Virus record (IMG/VR): IMGVR_UViG_3300031754_000002
Coordinates: 32,001-96,000 of that record
Length of the DNA: 64,000 nt
Direction: 5' to 3' (one strand)
DNA from: a virus
Shown here: positions 17,742 through 28,421 of the stretch, piece by piece
Layout of the letters: each line of letters begins with the position of its first letter
How positions within the stretch are numbered: the first letter of the stretch is position 1
Made by a program: the position numbers and the translations under genes
The notes under the pieces: generated by a model
Seen by the model: only the letters and a program-made list of their open reading frames with translations
What the model was told of the DNA's origin: nothing
Databases searched by the model: none

Positions 17742-18779
17742 ATGACCGATGAGCCGAGTCGAAGCGACGAGATCAAGCACGTAGAAGGAGAGCTAAAGTC
17801 CCTTGCGAACCAAGTGGGCGTTGCGATAGGGCGTCTCCGTGCATTGCTCGGGGACGAGTTCGTCAAGAAGGTCCATGCCGCCGTGACTGGACGAGTTGCC
17901 TTTGACGAGGCGCAGCCGCTCACAGATGCGGATGCACGGGCATGGAGCGAGGCGAACCCCGGCAAGCAGGTACGTTTTACGGTGGAGTCCGAGGTCAAGC
18001 CCACAGGCGCCCGAAAGTTGGATGACTGGCTGGACGTGAAGGCACCCAAGGGCACCGTCGAGATCCGCAGCAATGAGATCAAGGAACTGGAGAAACAGCT
18101 AAAGGCGATCCCCGGTAAACTCACCGTTGCGGAGCTAGGCTGGATTCACAATCGTCTTGGCGAACTCTATAGGATGCCGGTGAAGGGCAACGCGGCACAG
18201 CAATCCTTTGCGCAAGCCTTCGGTATGGCACCATCGGAAATACATACGATCGAGGACGCGATTGTTGAGCTAGCCGACAAGCTCGGCGAGATGCGCACGG
18301 ACATTACATCGCTCCGTCAGACCGTGGGCGAGCTGCAAACCCCGTTTGAGCCATACGAGCCGCCAGTGCTCGCCAAGATACTTCGTCCGCATCTGCTCGC
18401 GCTAGACGATCACGGTGAGGACGAGTGGGCTGAGGGATCGTTCGGCTGGGGTGAGTGTTTGTGGGTGCCCGGCAAGGTGGGCATTGATGTGACGGAGATC
18501 AAGGTTGAGGCGCTGGCCGCCGGGACGGACAATATACACGGCGCGCAAGTGAAAACCTACGCCACCTATCGTGAAGACCACCACGATACCACACAGCGCG
18601 AACTTGTTGAGTGCATCGCGCGGGAGGCAGCTAAGCGGAACGCAACTGTTGTGTATCTCAGTAAGCCGGCGCATCGCCATATCCACGGCGACTATCCTGG
18701 CGACACGCCGCGTTTCCTACAGCACTGGTGTTATGCGGCGTTTTTGAGTGCGGCCCGCGCCGCCGGAGACGAGCAGTGA
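17742..18779 (+). CDS. Hypothetical protein with coiled-coil segments
   Basis: GAAAGGA RBS at end of array 2; 345 aa. Confidence 0.7.
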   Translation: MTDEPSRSDEIKHVEGELKSLANQVGVAIGRLRALLGDEFVKKVHAAVTGRVAFDEAQPLTDADARAWSEANPGKQVRFTVESEVKPTGARKLDDWLDVKAPKGTVEIRSNEIKELEKQLKAIPGKLTVAELGWIHNRLGELYRMPVKGNAAQQSFAQAFGMAPSEIHTIEDAIVELADKLGEMRTDITSLRQTVGELQTPFEPYEPPVLAKILRPHLLALDDHGEDEWAEGSFGWGECLWVPGKVGIDVTEIKVEALAAGTDNIHGAQVKTYATYREDHHDTTQRELVECIAREAAKRNATVVYLSKPAHRHIHGDYPGDTPRFLQHWCYAAFLSAARAAGDEQ

Positions 18780-19225
18780 GTGACGACTTCGGCAAACTGC
18801 ACCAAGCCGACAACTCCGCCAGCCTCAACGGTGTGACACTCCGCGACCTTACCGAGGCTTTCGACGCCGAGTTTGAGAATCGCCTCATCGCAGGCATCTA
18901 TCATCTACGCGAAGGAGACACCATGACCACAACCCCGAACCCCTTGAAGCTGAAAGGTATGCGCCAAATCGGTCCGCGACGCGGACTATGCCTTATCCCT
19001 CGCCACAACGGCGTAGGCGCCCTGCTCGGCGCAGACATAGAAATCACTACTACCGAACCATGAACCTGAGCATGTTAGCCGTGCCGTCTATGAACTCGTG
19101 TGCGATTCGCTACTCGACAGACGGATAGATAATCCACACGACCCCGCTCAGCGCAAGGTATGGGTGCGCTGCATGACCGAGGAGCACGAGCAGGAAAGCA
19201 ATCGTCTCGCCGGGTTCTGAGGGGC

Positions 19226-21704
19226 CTACTTAGCTGGCGTCAACACCTTCCCGTCACCGTTCGATGACGGCACAGCCGGCTCCGGTGCATACTTCGCTTC
19301 GATGGCCTGTTCCGCTTCCGCCATCACTTTTTCAAGTAGCGTCGTGTTAATCGGCGAGTTCAGTTTATCGCCGTCCGGCAACGCCGGCAGGTCGAACAGT
19401 GCTCGTGCGTCGTTCGGCGTGAAGTAGCCTCCGAGCGTCCCGAGCGAGCCAGCGTTCGCGCGCTCAAGGGTATCCCCGCGCAGACGGTGGCTCATGTCGA
19501 TCGCCACGAACTGCCCTGGCGGGTGGATCGCGGTCATCGCGGCTTCGTAACGGCCCGTATAGTCCTGCAACGTGTTTTTCGTAAAGCCTAGCTCCTGCTG
19601 CTCGATCCCCCGATAATCGACCCCACGAGTTGTGAACAACCACGCCTTCGGCTAGGAAGGAGTGATTACCCGCAACCGCGAGGTCATAGACTGGCACCTC
19701 AACTTTCGAGCGGTCGATTTTGATTACACGCTGCAAGATAACGTCGTCGTACTCCCAACCGTAGCTCGGGCTCTGCCGGCGACCATCCCAGCCGCCAACG
19801 TTGCCGCCCGTCCATCCCTCGTCATAGCGCCCTAGTCGTATTGCTGGTCGAGTGACGAGTCGCGCCCGCTTACGCGCGCTATTGGCACCGATACGACTAT
19901 TGAAGAACACAGTCGAGAGAGCAAGTTGATACTTCTGGCCCGACCGCACACGACGGCCAGCAATCACCGCGTCACACGGCGGTCGTCCCAGGTGGACTCG
20001 TCCAGCCGGAACACCCACTTGGATGCACAAGTGGCGGATATCCTCTAGCAGGAGTCGGTTACACGATGCGAAGCTAATCGCCCCTGCCTTGTTGACACTC
20101 CCGTCTGCGTCGAGATATCCGCGCAGGAATGCTAGCTGTAGCTCCGGCTTGAGTTCGTACACCCAACCCGGCACTCGCTTTGTATGCGCGTCGCCCGTGA
20201 ACCCGCAGTCGTCAAGCAGTTCGCGTGCGTCGGCCGACGAGAAGCGCGTCCTCGTGCCTGTGCGTATCCCCCGATTGGGTGCGTTGTCTGTGTAGGGTTC
20301 TACGCCGAACTCATCGCGTACGACCTGGCAGTAGTGCTCCATGTGATCGGGCTTGCTCTCGTGGGCGAGCTCGAAACGGTTTTTGTCCTGTGAGCCATCG
20401 CCCGTGTAGAGTCCACAAAGCTCCATCGCGCCGACCGTAAGCTGGCGCCCATTGGGCGCATACTCATCACCCTGGTCCCCGAAGCCATGAGGCACGAGCA
20501 GGTAATCCTTGATCGTAACCTCATCGGCGCGAACCCAAACCGTTTCCCAGGCGCAGTCGCCACTCGCACGGCCCTCTGGCCGTCCAAAGTATCGGCGCAC
20601 TGGCAAAACATGGTTTGCCGTCAACTTGACAGTGCGAGCCGATGTCTGGATGCTCAGGAGAGGCTTGTGGCCGGTTAGTTGCCGCGAGACGACCGTTGCA
20701 GGCTCGATCCCGCGCTCACCGAGCGACCAAACCTCCTCGCCAGCCTGAATCTCGCAGATTGGCCGTGGTCCCTGCGTCGTGAACACCTGCGCTTCGGCGG
20801 GCAGACACGAAACTCGTTCAGTCAGTCCGATCATGTGCGGGGGGCACCGAAAGATCGTGGATGCGATCTCTGATGCCGACCATTGAAGCGATTCTAGGAA
20901 TTGGGAGTCCTGCGGGGATATCGTGATCGGCTTGATTTCCGTGTCACCCGTCACGACGGCTGGAAGATGCGAGCTATTCAAGCCCTGGTGCGCCGCCATA
21001 AACGAGCGAACCATTTTCTTTGTCTGGTCCGGCGACAGGTCACCCTTGACCTGGATCACGATCGACGGGTTCGCGCTATTGCGGAAGTACTGTAGCCCAT
21101 AGGTGGACTGCGAAAGCGACTTGCTAAACGCCAAGCGCTGCGCCTCAATTGGGTTAATGCCTTCCAACATTCCCGGAAGCCAGAGGAGCTTGACGTGAAA
21201 TACATCTTGCCTTGGCACAACTTTATTGAAGAACCGATACTGGAGTTCTCCTTTACGCAGCCGTTCGACATGCGCACTGTCGGCCGGTATGGGCTTGATC
21301 TGCGTCGGGTAGAGCTGCTTGTCGCGGCTGATGATCTGGCCGAAGAAGTTGCCACGAATGGCGAGGGACGCGACGAACTGGACGATCCAGTCGAAAAGCC
21401 CAATCTCGCAGTATGGTTCGGTGAGGAGGGGAGAGGGTTTTAGCTCTTTCGCCTTTCGTAGTACCCTGTTGTTGAGCAGCAGAACGGGGGAGTTCGCTAC
21501 CGAGCTAGAAAGAAGGTTAGCGCATGAGTAGACGGTCGCTATCGAGAGCGCCGCCTCTTGGCTTACACCCATGCCTCCAGACCCACCGAATCCCCCGATT
21601 TCTGAGTTCGTAGGCTACGGGGGAACGCTGTTGCCCCATTCGGTGCCCGGCCGCGCCGCGCGTGCGTCCATTGTCTGTGACAGCGCGCGAAGGATCAACG
21701 ACAT
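19226..21704 (-). pseudogene. HK97-family portal protein with intein; interrupted by an in-frame TAG (21615-17) and a frameshift (~19615)
   Basis: AALSIATVYSC, LAIRGN, SPQDSQFLES, IFRCPPHMIG, SWGxGIEQQ, TPNDARALFDLP; disruptions may be real or assembly errors. Confidence 0.8.
19629..20807 (-). mobile_element. Intein with LAGLIDADG endonuclease in portal (393 aa)
   Basis: S|CLPAEAQV...TANH...GLYTGDGS...FLRGYLDADGS...VYDLAV...VVHN|S. Confidence 0.9.
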
Positions 21705-21744
21705 TCCCCTAAACCACCTCCCCCACTAATGCTATAATGGGTTT

Positions 21745-22389
21745 ATGACCAAACCAAAGGATGACCAACGCTGTCCGCGATGCCTTATCCGCCCCAAGAT
21801 ACCTGGGGTCGGCCGCCGTGTTACGGCACTTGCCGCACATGTGGCAAGCCGGCGCCAAAAGAGGGTAAGTACTACCGAACCTACTGCCGTAGCTGCGAGC
21901 CTAAGCGCGAAAACTGCTCGCAATGTGGCAAGCCACGCGATGGCTCACATGCTTCATATTGCGTCGCGTGCTTCAAAGAATATGAGCGAGACTGGGCGAA
22001 GGCGAATCCCGAGAAAGTCCGCCTCAAGGAAAGGGGATGGCGCAGCCGTAACGTAGAAGCACTTCAGCGCAAGGAACGCCGTCGGACTCTAGCCAAACAT
22101 GATCTCACAACCGATGAGTTCGCCACGATGCTCGCCGCTCAAGACAGCCGATGTGCCATCTGTCACCGAACGGCCGCAGAAGCTGGGCGGCCGTGGGACC
22201 CGTCTCCACGTCGATCATTGCCATGCGACGGGCGCGATTCGCGCATTGCTCTGCAATCATTGCAATATCGGGCTCGGGTGTGCTGGCGATAGTCCCGAGC
22301 GTCTGCGTGCCATGGCTGACTACCTCGAACGGCACTCTAAGAAGCCTGTCGAGTCCGTCGCGCCTGACGTTCTACCCGTTTCAGCTTGA
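21745..22389 (+). CDS. Endonuclease VII-like free-standing homing endonuclease (two frameshifts)
   Basis: Q..RCAIC...LHVDHCH.TG.IRALLCNHCN.GLG..D...LR.MADYL; upstream TGcTATAAT extended -10. Confidence 0.7.
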
Positions 22390-22573
22390 TCTTCGCACGC
22401 AGGTCATGCTGCGCGGTCATAGCCAGCTTGATTGGATTCAGTCCCTCAACCGCTATGCCCACGATCACAAGCAGGAAGGCGGCGGCGATAAGCGCCCAGC
22501 CTCGGCCCGCAAGTTCGTAGATGCCGAGCGTAAAGGCGGCGATGGCTATGGCGTCGATGAGATTTGAGAGCAT
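22337..22573 (-). CDS. Small membrane protein upstream of portal
   Basis: Two hydrophobic helices; typical pre-portal position. Confidence 0.6.
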   Translation of the reverse strand: MLSNLIDAIAIAAFTLGIYELAGRGWALIAAAFLLVIVGIAVEGLNPIKLAMTAQHDLRAKIKLKRVERQARRTRQAS

Positions 22574-22874
22574 CAGCACGCGCCTGTGTACTCGTGGCGT
22601 GTTCTTCCCGCGAAGCGGCACTCGATGCTGGGGCCGTCCTTCAAGTGCATACGGACCTTCTTGTGCTGCTTGTTTAGGCCCAACATCATGCACTGACAAC
22701 CTTGAACGGGCCATGCACATAAGGCGTTAGCTCCTCTACCGCACCGAGAGCAGTAAGGAGCTTTGCTTCCGGCGTCTGTTTGGTATCCCGCAACGCATAG
22801 AGCGCGTCCGTTGCTTCCTGCCGAGTCGCCGCCAACGTAGACCTTGCCATCGTGCTCGATGCCCGCAATACAGG

Positions 22875-23123
22875 TCATCGCTGCACCGTCTCTCGAGGCG
22901 CGAAGTCCCATACCGACTTGCCGATGACCGGCCCCATTACCTCATGGTGCCCTGTCTCCTGCGTCTCCGTCAAATACAACATGACGGTTTTCCAGCCCCG
23001 ATCATCGTTCCATGTACGGTAGATGACGTTGCCTGCATCGTCGGTGACTTGTTGCCGAGGTCGCTCATCCGCGCACTTCTTTGGCTTTCGCCGGAGCGAA
23101 TGGCTGATCGGGGGATTGCGCAA
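22875..23123 (-). CDS. Hypothetical protein
   Basis: ORF track; start uncertain. Confidence 0.35.
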   Translation of the reverse strand: MRNPPISHSLRRKPKKCADERPRQQVTDDAGNVIYRTWNDDRGWKTVMLYLTETQETGHHEVMGPVIGKSVWDFAPRETVQR

Positions 23124-23520
23124 GCCGATGTTTGTCAGCCTTCGGCAGACGAGCGAACCATGCTCGCATCACCTTCACTTCGTCGTTGCTCATAGTCCCA
23201 CCAACCAACACGCCAGTCGGCGCCGCGTCAGGACCAAAGAAGCTCGTAGGGTACAACTCCGTGAGTACCTGGAGCTTGTCCACCGCAACGCCGAGGGCGA
23301 CGGCTATGTCCTTGACTTCGCCGCTCTTGTATGGTCGCCCGGTCGATTCGTGGACGACCGCTAGTTGCAGCGAGTGAACCACGGCCTCCTGTGCTGCGAC
23401 TAGTTGCTCACGCCAGTCCTCGTCCCAGCCATAGTCCTTAGCCGCAGTCTTCCGCACGTGCGTTGTTTTACTGCCGCCTTCCAGTGTCACCTTTACAGCG
23501 CTTGTTTCGTGGCTTGCCAT
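23065..23520 (-). CDS. Hypothetical protein
   Basis: AAGGA RBS; ORF track. Confidence 0.5.
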   Translation of the reverse strand: MASHETSAVKVTLEGGSKTTHVRKTAAKDYGWDEDWREQLVAAQEAVVHSLQLAVVHESTGRPYKSGEVKDIAVALGVAVDKLQVLTELYPTSFFGPDAAPTGVLVGGTMSNDEVKVMRAWFARLPKADKHRLAQSPDQPFAPAKAKEVRG

Positions 23521-23681
23521 CTCGTCCTTTCCTGCCCAAACGGGCGATTGTGTAACACCGTCTCGCTATCTAGCGCGTTCACAAGACTGCAACTGAAGTT
23601 TTACCCTATCGGTCATTGTCCGCTAGTCCTCCTCCACTCGCTGTTATTTCTCGGTCAGCGAGAACCGTACTAATGAGTAAA

Positions 23682-23773
23682 TGCGCCAGATGGGACTCGA
23701 ACCCACATCCGCCTCCTTGAAAGAGAGGTGCTGGGGACCGGGTTACGGTCTCTACCAATTCAGCTACTGACGC
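23682..23773 (-). tRNA. tRNA-Glu(UUC)-like gene with a hairpin insertion in the D-loop
   Basis: GCGTCAG/CTGGCGC acceptor; CCTCT-CTTTCAA-GGAGG anticodon arm; GTGGG-TTCGAGT-CCCAT T arm; 27-nt D-loop containing GACCG-TAACC-CGGTC. Confidence 0.75.
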
Positions 23774-24134
23774 AAGATGAGTAGGGCGGCTAAGAGCGAG
23801 TGGCCCTCACCGCGCCCGAAGAGAAGCGTTACTGCGAAGGGATGGCCGGGACTCCCGATTCGCATGCTTACCTATTGATCGTTCGTTGCACCACACCCCC
23901 AATGCTACACCAGTGGCGTATGCTTTACCTTATAGCAGCGACCAAGCCACATCCACCACCTGGAGAACATCGGCGTCCACTCAGTCTCAGGCTCCTCGCG
24001 GGTCTCATAGCCCGTGGCGAACTTAATGGGAATGAGCTGGCGAATACGACGAATGCATTGCATGGTTTCTCCTCCGGTCTAGAATAGTCCGGCTCGACCA
24101 GCCATTATCGAGGTACGCTCTAAGCTGGCCCATT

Positions 24135-24437
24135 TTACAAGCCTGATGCGATCAAGTCACGCTCGATCGCCGCCCGGCGAGTGTTCGCCCGATTCTTCGG
24201 ATAATAATACTTGTCCCAATGACACAGCATGCAACGTGCGTTGCCACAGCTATGAGGGGTGCGCTTGCGCATGAACCCCATACCGAGATAACAGTGACAG
24301 GAATCCTCATCCGCTGTTGGTGGTACTGGCGCGAGTGCGCAGTAAGAGTAGGCGCCGTCGAATGCCTCGTGCTTGGCGATCTCTTCCCGCCATCTACGGA
24401 GCATCAAGTCCCGCTCTGCGTGCCAGCGCTGCATACC
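24135..24437 (-). CDS. Hypothetical Cys/His-rich protein
   Basis: GAGG RBS; CHC...CGNARCMLCH. Confidence 0.55.
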   Translation of the reverse strand, partial: GMQRWHAERDLMLRRWREEIAKHEAFDGAYSYCALAPVPPTADEDSCHCYLGMGFMRKRTPHSCGNARCMLCHWDKYYYPKNRANTRRAAIERDLIASGL

Positions 24438-24585
24438 ATCCTCACCTTAGAAACGCGCCCCGCTGCTTGCCTACCGGCTGCGATCCGGCTTCAGCGACTA
24501 CCGGCTCGTAGGCTGGTCCTCTTTTTGCTCACCGCCTCACGACGGATCAATGCTTGGCGTCTGAGGTAGGGCCGCAACCCCCATG

Positions 24586-24915
24586 CTACCAGACCTGTTC
24601 GTACAGCGCAATCTCGCTTGACCGAACCGTGAACGTCTTCTCATCCAGCCCCGTCAGCTCGACGGCTTCGTCCTTCTCGAAGGCCACAACGACTGGCCTG
24701 ATGTCCCGGACTTCACGGGCGAGCCCGCAGTGGAGCATGATGCGACCCGAGACGGGCTCCAGGGGTTCCGGTGCTGGTTCGGGAGCCGGGCTTGGCGTCG
24801 GTTCGCCTACGGGTTCCGGCGTCGGAGTCGATTCTGGGATAGGAGCAGGGCTCGGTTCCAGGGCTGGTTCCGTGGCCTCAGCGACCGGCTCCGCGAGTGC
24901 GGTTGATGCCTCCAT
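24586..24915 (-). CDS. Hypothetical protein with Pro/Glu-rich N-terminus
   Basis: AAGGAAGG RBS; ORF track. Confidence 0.55.
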   Translation of the reverse strand: MEASTALAEPVAEATEPALEPSPAPIPESTPTPEPVGEPTPSPAPEPAPEPLEPVSGRIMLHCGLAREVRDIRPVVVAFEKDEAVELTGLDEKTFTVRSSEIALYEQVW

Positions 24916-25145
24916 TGACAGCCTTCCTTTCATCGAGTAACGTATGTAAGTACATGGTCGAGCCGACCGTAGGACAACTCATGGGTATTGGTAGACGTGA
25001 CCGGGAAGCCCGAATGGTAGTGTCTCAGTTTGGGATTCGTCCCCACGGGACAGGTTGCGGGGTCTAGTGTCGCTGGCAACCAATCCAGCGGCCCCGGCGC
25101 GGACGGTAATCCAACGCCGGGGCCTTGACACCGGGAGGTCCCCCG

Positions 25146-25412
25146 ATGCCCGACGAGAACCCTACCCCCGACGAGCCTGCGCGCGACTTCGGCAACCTCG
25201 AACGCGACGCGCTGTATCTGTTGACCGATCCCGGCCGTCTGCCGCCGCTCTGGGCGGTCCCGGACATGGGACGGGAGCTGAACTACTTCGACCCGGACTG
25301 CGTGATCGAACCCCTGCTCCGCGCCGGGTTGATCTACCGGACCTCGGATGGGTTCGTGTTCGCCACACCCGCCGCGTACCATCTGGTCGCGTTGACCGGC
25401 CACGTGATCTGA
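25146..25412 (+). CDS. Small winged-helix-like protein (IS cargo)
   Basis: GGAGG RBS; LLRAGLIYRTSDGFVFAT wing motif. Confidence 0.6.
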   Translation: MPDENPTPDEPARDFGNLERDALYLLTDPGRLPPLWAVPDMGRELNYFDPDCVIEPLLRAGLIYRTSDGFVFATPAAYHLVALTGHVI

Positions 25413-25415
25413 CGG

Positions 25416-25646
25416 ATGCCTGCCAAGAAATCGGCGGCGATCCAGGCCGTCGGCGAGGCGATCCGGTCGGCTCGGCGAGAGCGCGGGTACGCACAAGAGG
25501 CGTTCGCGGCTCGCGTGGGGTTGGATCGCAGCTATCTCGGGGCGGTCGAGCGTGGCGAGTTCAACATCACCATCGACACGCTCTTGAAGATCACGGACGG
25601 CCTCGGCGTGTCCGCGAGCATGCTGCTTCGCCGAGCACGGCTCTGA
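25416..25646 (+). CDS. XRE-family HTH regulator (IS cargo)
   Basis: IRSARRERGYAQEAFA..VGLDRSYLGAVERGEFN. Confidence 0.85.
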   Translation: MPAKKSAAIQAVGEAIRSARRERGYAQEAFAARVGLDRSYLGAVERGEFNITIDTLLKITDGLGVSASMLLRRARL

Positions 25647-25773
25647 GCATCCCAGGGGCGCCATGCCGCAGGGCCGGGCGTGGCGCCGTACCGCTGGACA
25701 TCACAGTACCTCGGAGTTCTAACAGATGGGCGTAGGCTGTGCCGCTTGCGATCAGCGAGCAAGGAGAAGCCAA

Positions 25774-26472
25774 ATGGCGCTGCTGTTTGACGAGTTTGGG
25801 ACGAGGCGGATCGAGCTGGATGTCTTGATGTGGCCTGGATTCGACCATGGATTCAAGGAAGGCGAGCTGTCCGGTCTGTACGGAGCGCTCAACACCGATG
25901 ATCTCTTCGAGTCCTGTGAGCTGCGCGCCAACATCGGAGCGGAGTTCGAGAGCGAGCATTGGCGGTACGACATCTCCACGACTCGCATCCACGTGTCGAG
26001 TAAAGCCTTCCAGGACTTCAACCAGCTCGACAAGCGCGTTTTGGTCCTTCTTGAGGAAACGAAGCGCTTTCTAACGCCAGCTCGGCTCCCATTCTTGACG
26101 GCGAATCGCGCTCTTGTGGCGGGTGTCATCCCCGAGGGAGACCCGGAGAAGGACGTGGCGGAGCGTGTCCGGGCGAAGCTCCTTTCACGACGTATCACGC
26201 AGGGAGCCGACGGGGAGCGCGCCATAGATGCCCTTCCTGGCGAGCTGGCCGGAGTTGGCCTAACGCTTGTCGGAGATACTGAGACCTATCACTGGCACGC
26301 CAACATCGGTCCAGTTCATTCTCCGACCTCAGACCTTACGATCAGCGCGGATCTGTATTTTCCACCGCCAGATGAGCGTCCAGAGGAGGCCATGATCTCC
26401 GACAGGCTACGAACTGCCTACGACTTCCTCAGAACAAACCTATTGGAATTTGCCGAGAAGAGCCTAAGCTAG
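25774..26472 (+). CDS. Hypothetical protein (IS cargo)
   Basis: AGGAG RBS; 232 aa. Confidence 0.65.
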   Translation: MALLFDEFGTRRIELDVLMWPGFDHGFKEGELSGLYGALNTDDLFESCELRANIGAEFESEHWRYDISTTRIHVSSKAFQDFNQLDKRVLVLLEETKRFLTPARLPFLTANRALVAGVIPEGDPEKDVAERVRAKLLSRRITQGADGERAIDALPGELAGVGLTLVGDTETYHWHANIGPVHSPTSDLTISADLYFPPPDERPEEAMISDRLRTAYDFLRTNLLEFAEKSLS

Positions 26473-26489
26473 TCATCAGGAGCCGAACA

Positions 26490-26693
26490 ATGCCCGAACA
26501 TCTCCGCAACGACGACCATCCCAGTGGCGAAAGCTCCCGCGTTGCTCGTGCCCGCCGACGTGACGCTCGCAGGCATCATTGCGACGTTGCAGAGCCCGAC
26601 CGAGCGACCGAGTTCGAGCGCTTCAAGACGCTCGCCGGACGCCGCACCGAAGCCCTGGAATCAGAGGAAGACGAGCCAAGCACAGACAGCTAG
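26490..26693 (+). CDS. Hypothetical protein (IS cargo)
   Basis: AGGAG RBS. Confidence 0.45.
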   Translation: MPEHLRNDDHPSGESSRVARARRRDARRHHCDVAEPDRATEFERFKTLAGRRTEALESEEDEPSTDS

Positions 26694-26696
26694 GGA

Positions 26697-26942
26697 TCAG
26701 CGATGAGCTGCCTTGCTCCACCGCGCCTTCGCGGCGCGTTTGGCGGACTCGCTTCGCTCCTCGGCTGTCAAGGTTGCCGCGCGGGCCTTCCCGCCCTTCT
26801 GACCGCCCTTGCGCCCGCGTGCGATGGCTTTGGGGTCCTTCCCGGCATTCGGGTCGGGGTCCTCGACCTGCCCCGTGGCGATGTCCACGATGAGCTTTCC
26901 GAGCTGGTTCGGGTCGCGCGGCCGTCGTGGATGCGTGGTCAT
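26697..26942 (-). CDS. Small basic KGG-motif protein divergent from the IS1-like transposase
   Basis: RPRDPNQLGKLIVD...GRKGGQKGGKARAATLTAEERSE.A..AA.ARW. Confidence 0.75.
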   Translation of the reverse strand: MTTHPRRPRDPNQLGKLIVDIATGQVEDPDPNAGKDPKAIARGRKGGQKGGKARAATLTAEERSESAKRAAKARWSKAAHR

Positions 26943-27009
26943 ACCGAGCATCGTAGCGCTGCTGTTGGAGGGAGTTTTTCCGTCCGACGTATCACGCATA
27001 ATGTTCAGT

Positions 27010-27849
27010 ATGAACAGGTTGTCCACCGAGAAGCGCGCCGCGATCCTCGGAATGATGGTTGAGGGCAACAGCCTTCGCGCGACGACCCGCATGGCAGGCT
27101 GCTCGATCAACACCGTCTCGAAGCTGCTGCTGGACATTGGTGAGGCATGCGCCTCCTACCAGGACGAGCATCTACGGGACCTGCCATGCAAGACGATCGA
27201 GGCAGACGAGATTTGGTCGTTCGTCGCCTACAAGGAGCGAAACAAGCCAGCCGAGATGAAGGGCACGTTCGGCACCGGCGATGTCTGGACATGGACGGCG
27301 CTCGACGCCGACTCCAAGCTCATCGTGTGCTGGTACGTGGGCGACCGGAAATACGAGGACGCCGCCGCGTTCATGCTGGACCTCAAGGACCGTCTACGCG
27401 ACCGCATCCAGCTCACGACGGACGGGCACGCCGCCTACCCGAATGCGGTCGGCCTGGCGTTCCGCCACAACATCGACTTTGCGCAGCTCATCAAGCAGTA
27501 CGCAGCGGACCCACGCACCGGACAGGCTCGCTACAGCCCGCCAGTCTGCACAGGAGCGCGCGTCCGTGTCGATCGCGGCAACCCGGACCCCGCGAAGATC
27601 AGCACGTCCTACGTCGAGCGCCAGAACCTCACGATGCGGATGGGTATGCGCCGCTTCACACGGCTGACCAACGGCTTCTCGAAGAAGCTCGACAACCACA
27701 TGGCCTCCATCGCCCTGCACTTCATGCACTACAACTTCGGCCGTCCGCACACCAGCCTCAAGAACCCCTACCCGCGCACGCCAGCGATGGCCGCAGGCGT
27801 CGCCGACCACATCTGGACCCTGCAAGAGATCGCGGGGCTACTCGATTGA
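27010..27849 (+). CDS. IS1-family DDE transposase
   Basis: N-terminal HTH; EADEIWSFV, QLTTDG, STSYVERQNLTMRMGMRRFTRLTN. Confidence 0.9.
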   Translation: MNRLSTEKRAAILGMMVEGNSLRATTRMAGCSINTVSKLLLDIGEACASYQDEHLRDLPCKTIEADEIWSFVAYKERNKPAEMKGTFGTGDVWTWTALDADSKLIVCWYVGDRKYEDAAAFMLDLKDRLRDRIQLTTDGHAAYPNAVGLAFRHNIDFAQLIKQYAADPRTGQARYSPPVCTGARVRVDRGNPDPAKISTSYVERQNLTMRMGMRRFTRLTNGFSKKLDNHMASIALHFMHYNFGRPHTSLKNPYPRTPAMAAGVADHIWTLQEIAGLLD

Positions 27850-28056
27850 AACTGAGGCACTACCGCCCGAATACGCGGTGATCTTCTGCGCCGGCATGAT
27901 GAGGAGGCCAAAGAGCTTCGGATCGTTGAAGGCTAAGGATCTAAACGAGCGCAAGCTAATCTTCGGATGCGATTGTGGTTGTCGTGGCGACTGGTCACTC
28001 GATGATGCGGGGCTATATGAGCGTCCGGCCCTCGACTCGCTGCTGGGGAAAGCGAC

Positions 28057-28383
28057 GTGAGACGCAACCTAAGCATCAGCTTCGAGGAAGCCTTTATCGA
28101 ACGCCTAGACTTGGAACGTGGCACTATCTCGCGGGGCCGCTGGATCGAAGGCGAGCGAGCAATCGCGCCAAATACTACCGCTGCCGAGATTGGCTCAATG
28201 GCCGCCAATGCCTTCGGTGCCATGGTTGCCGCCGAGAACGATAACCTCCGGGCAGCACGCGCTCAACCATCACCGCTCGCCCATCCCGTCGAGACCCTTG
28301 GCGAGATCGATGAGCACGTCACCGTGGAAACCCGCAAGCCCTCCTCGGTATCCCCTAAGCTGAGCGCAGACATCAAACCCTAA
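28057..28383 (+). CDS. RHH-like N-terminal domain protein
   Basis: RNLSISFEEAFIERLDLERGTISRGRWIE. Confidence 0.5.
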   Translation: MRRNLSISFEEAFIERLDLERGTISRGRWIEGERAIAPNTTAAEIGSMAANAFGAMVAAENDNLRAARAQPSPLAHPVETLGEIDEHVTVETRKPSSVSPKLSADIKP

Positions 28384-28421
28384 CCGAAGCAAACCAAACC
28401 CAAAACACGGAGACAAACACC

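Larger units (their letters stand above)
25016..27864 (+). mobile_element. IS1-family element with passenger genes (2849 bp)
   Basis: IR GGTAGTGTCTCAGTTT / AAACTGAGGCACTACC (15/16); 8-bp TSD GCCCGAAT at 25008-15 and 27865-72. Confidence 0.9.

Noticed and set aside
21615-21617. Amber stop-codon reassignment
   Set aside because: TAG terminates many ordinary genes here, no suppressor tRNA was seen, and a 6-nt insertion explains this stop.
21800-22200. Programmed frameshifts in the EndoVII gene
   Set aside because: The shifts fall at short G runs with no slippery heptamer; sequencing error or decay is more likely.
24555-24600. Third tRNA (ends in CCA on - strand)
   Set aside because: No TTC T-loop or cloverleaf; overlaps a CDS end.
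28370-28421. Third pentamer array unit (aaccc taacc gaagc aaacc aaacc)
   Set aside because: It lacks CGAC anchors and is too short; more simply an A/C-rich translation leader.
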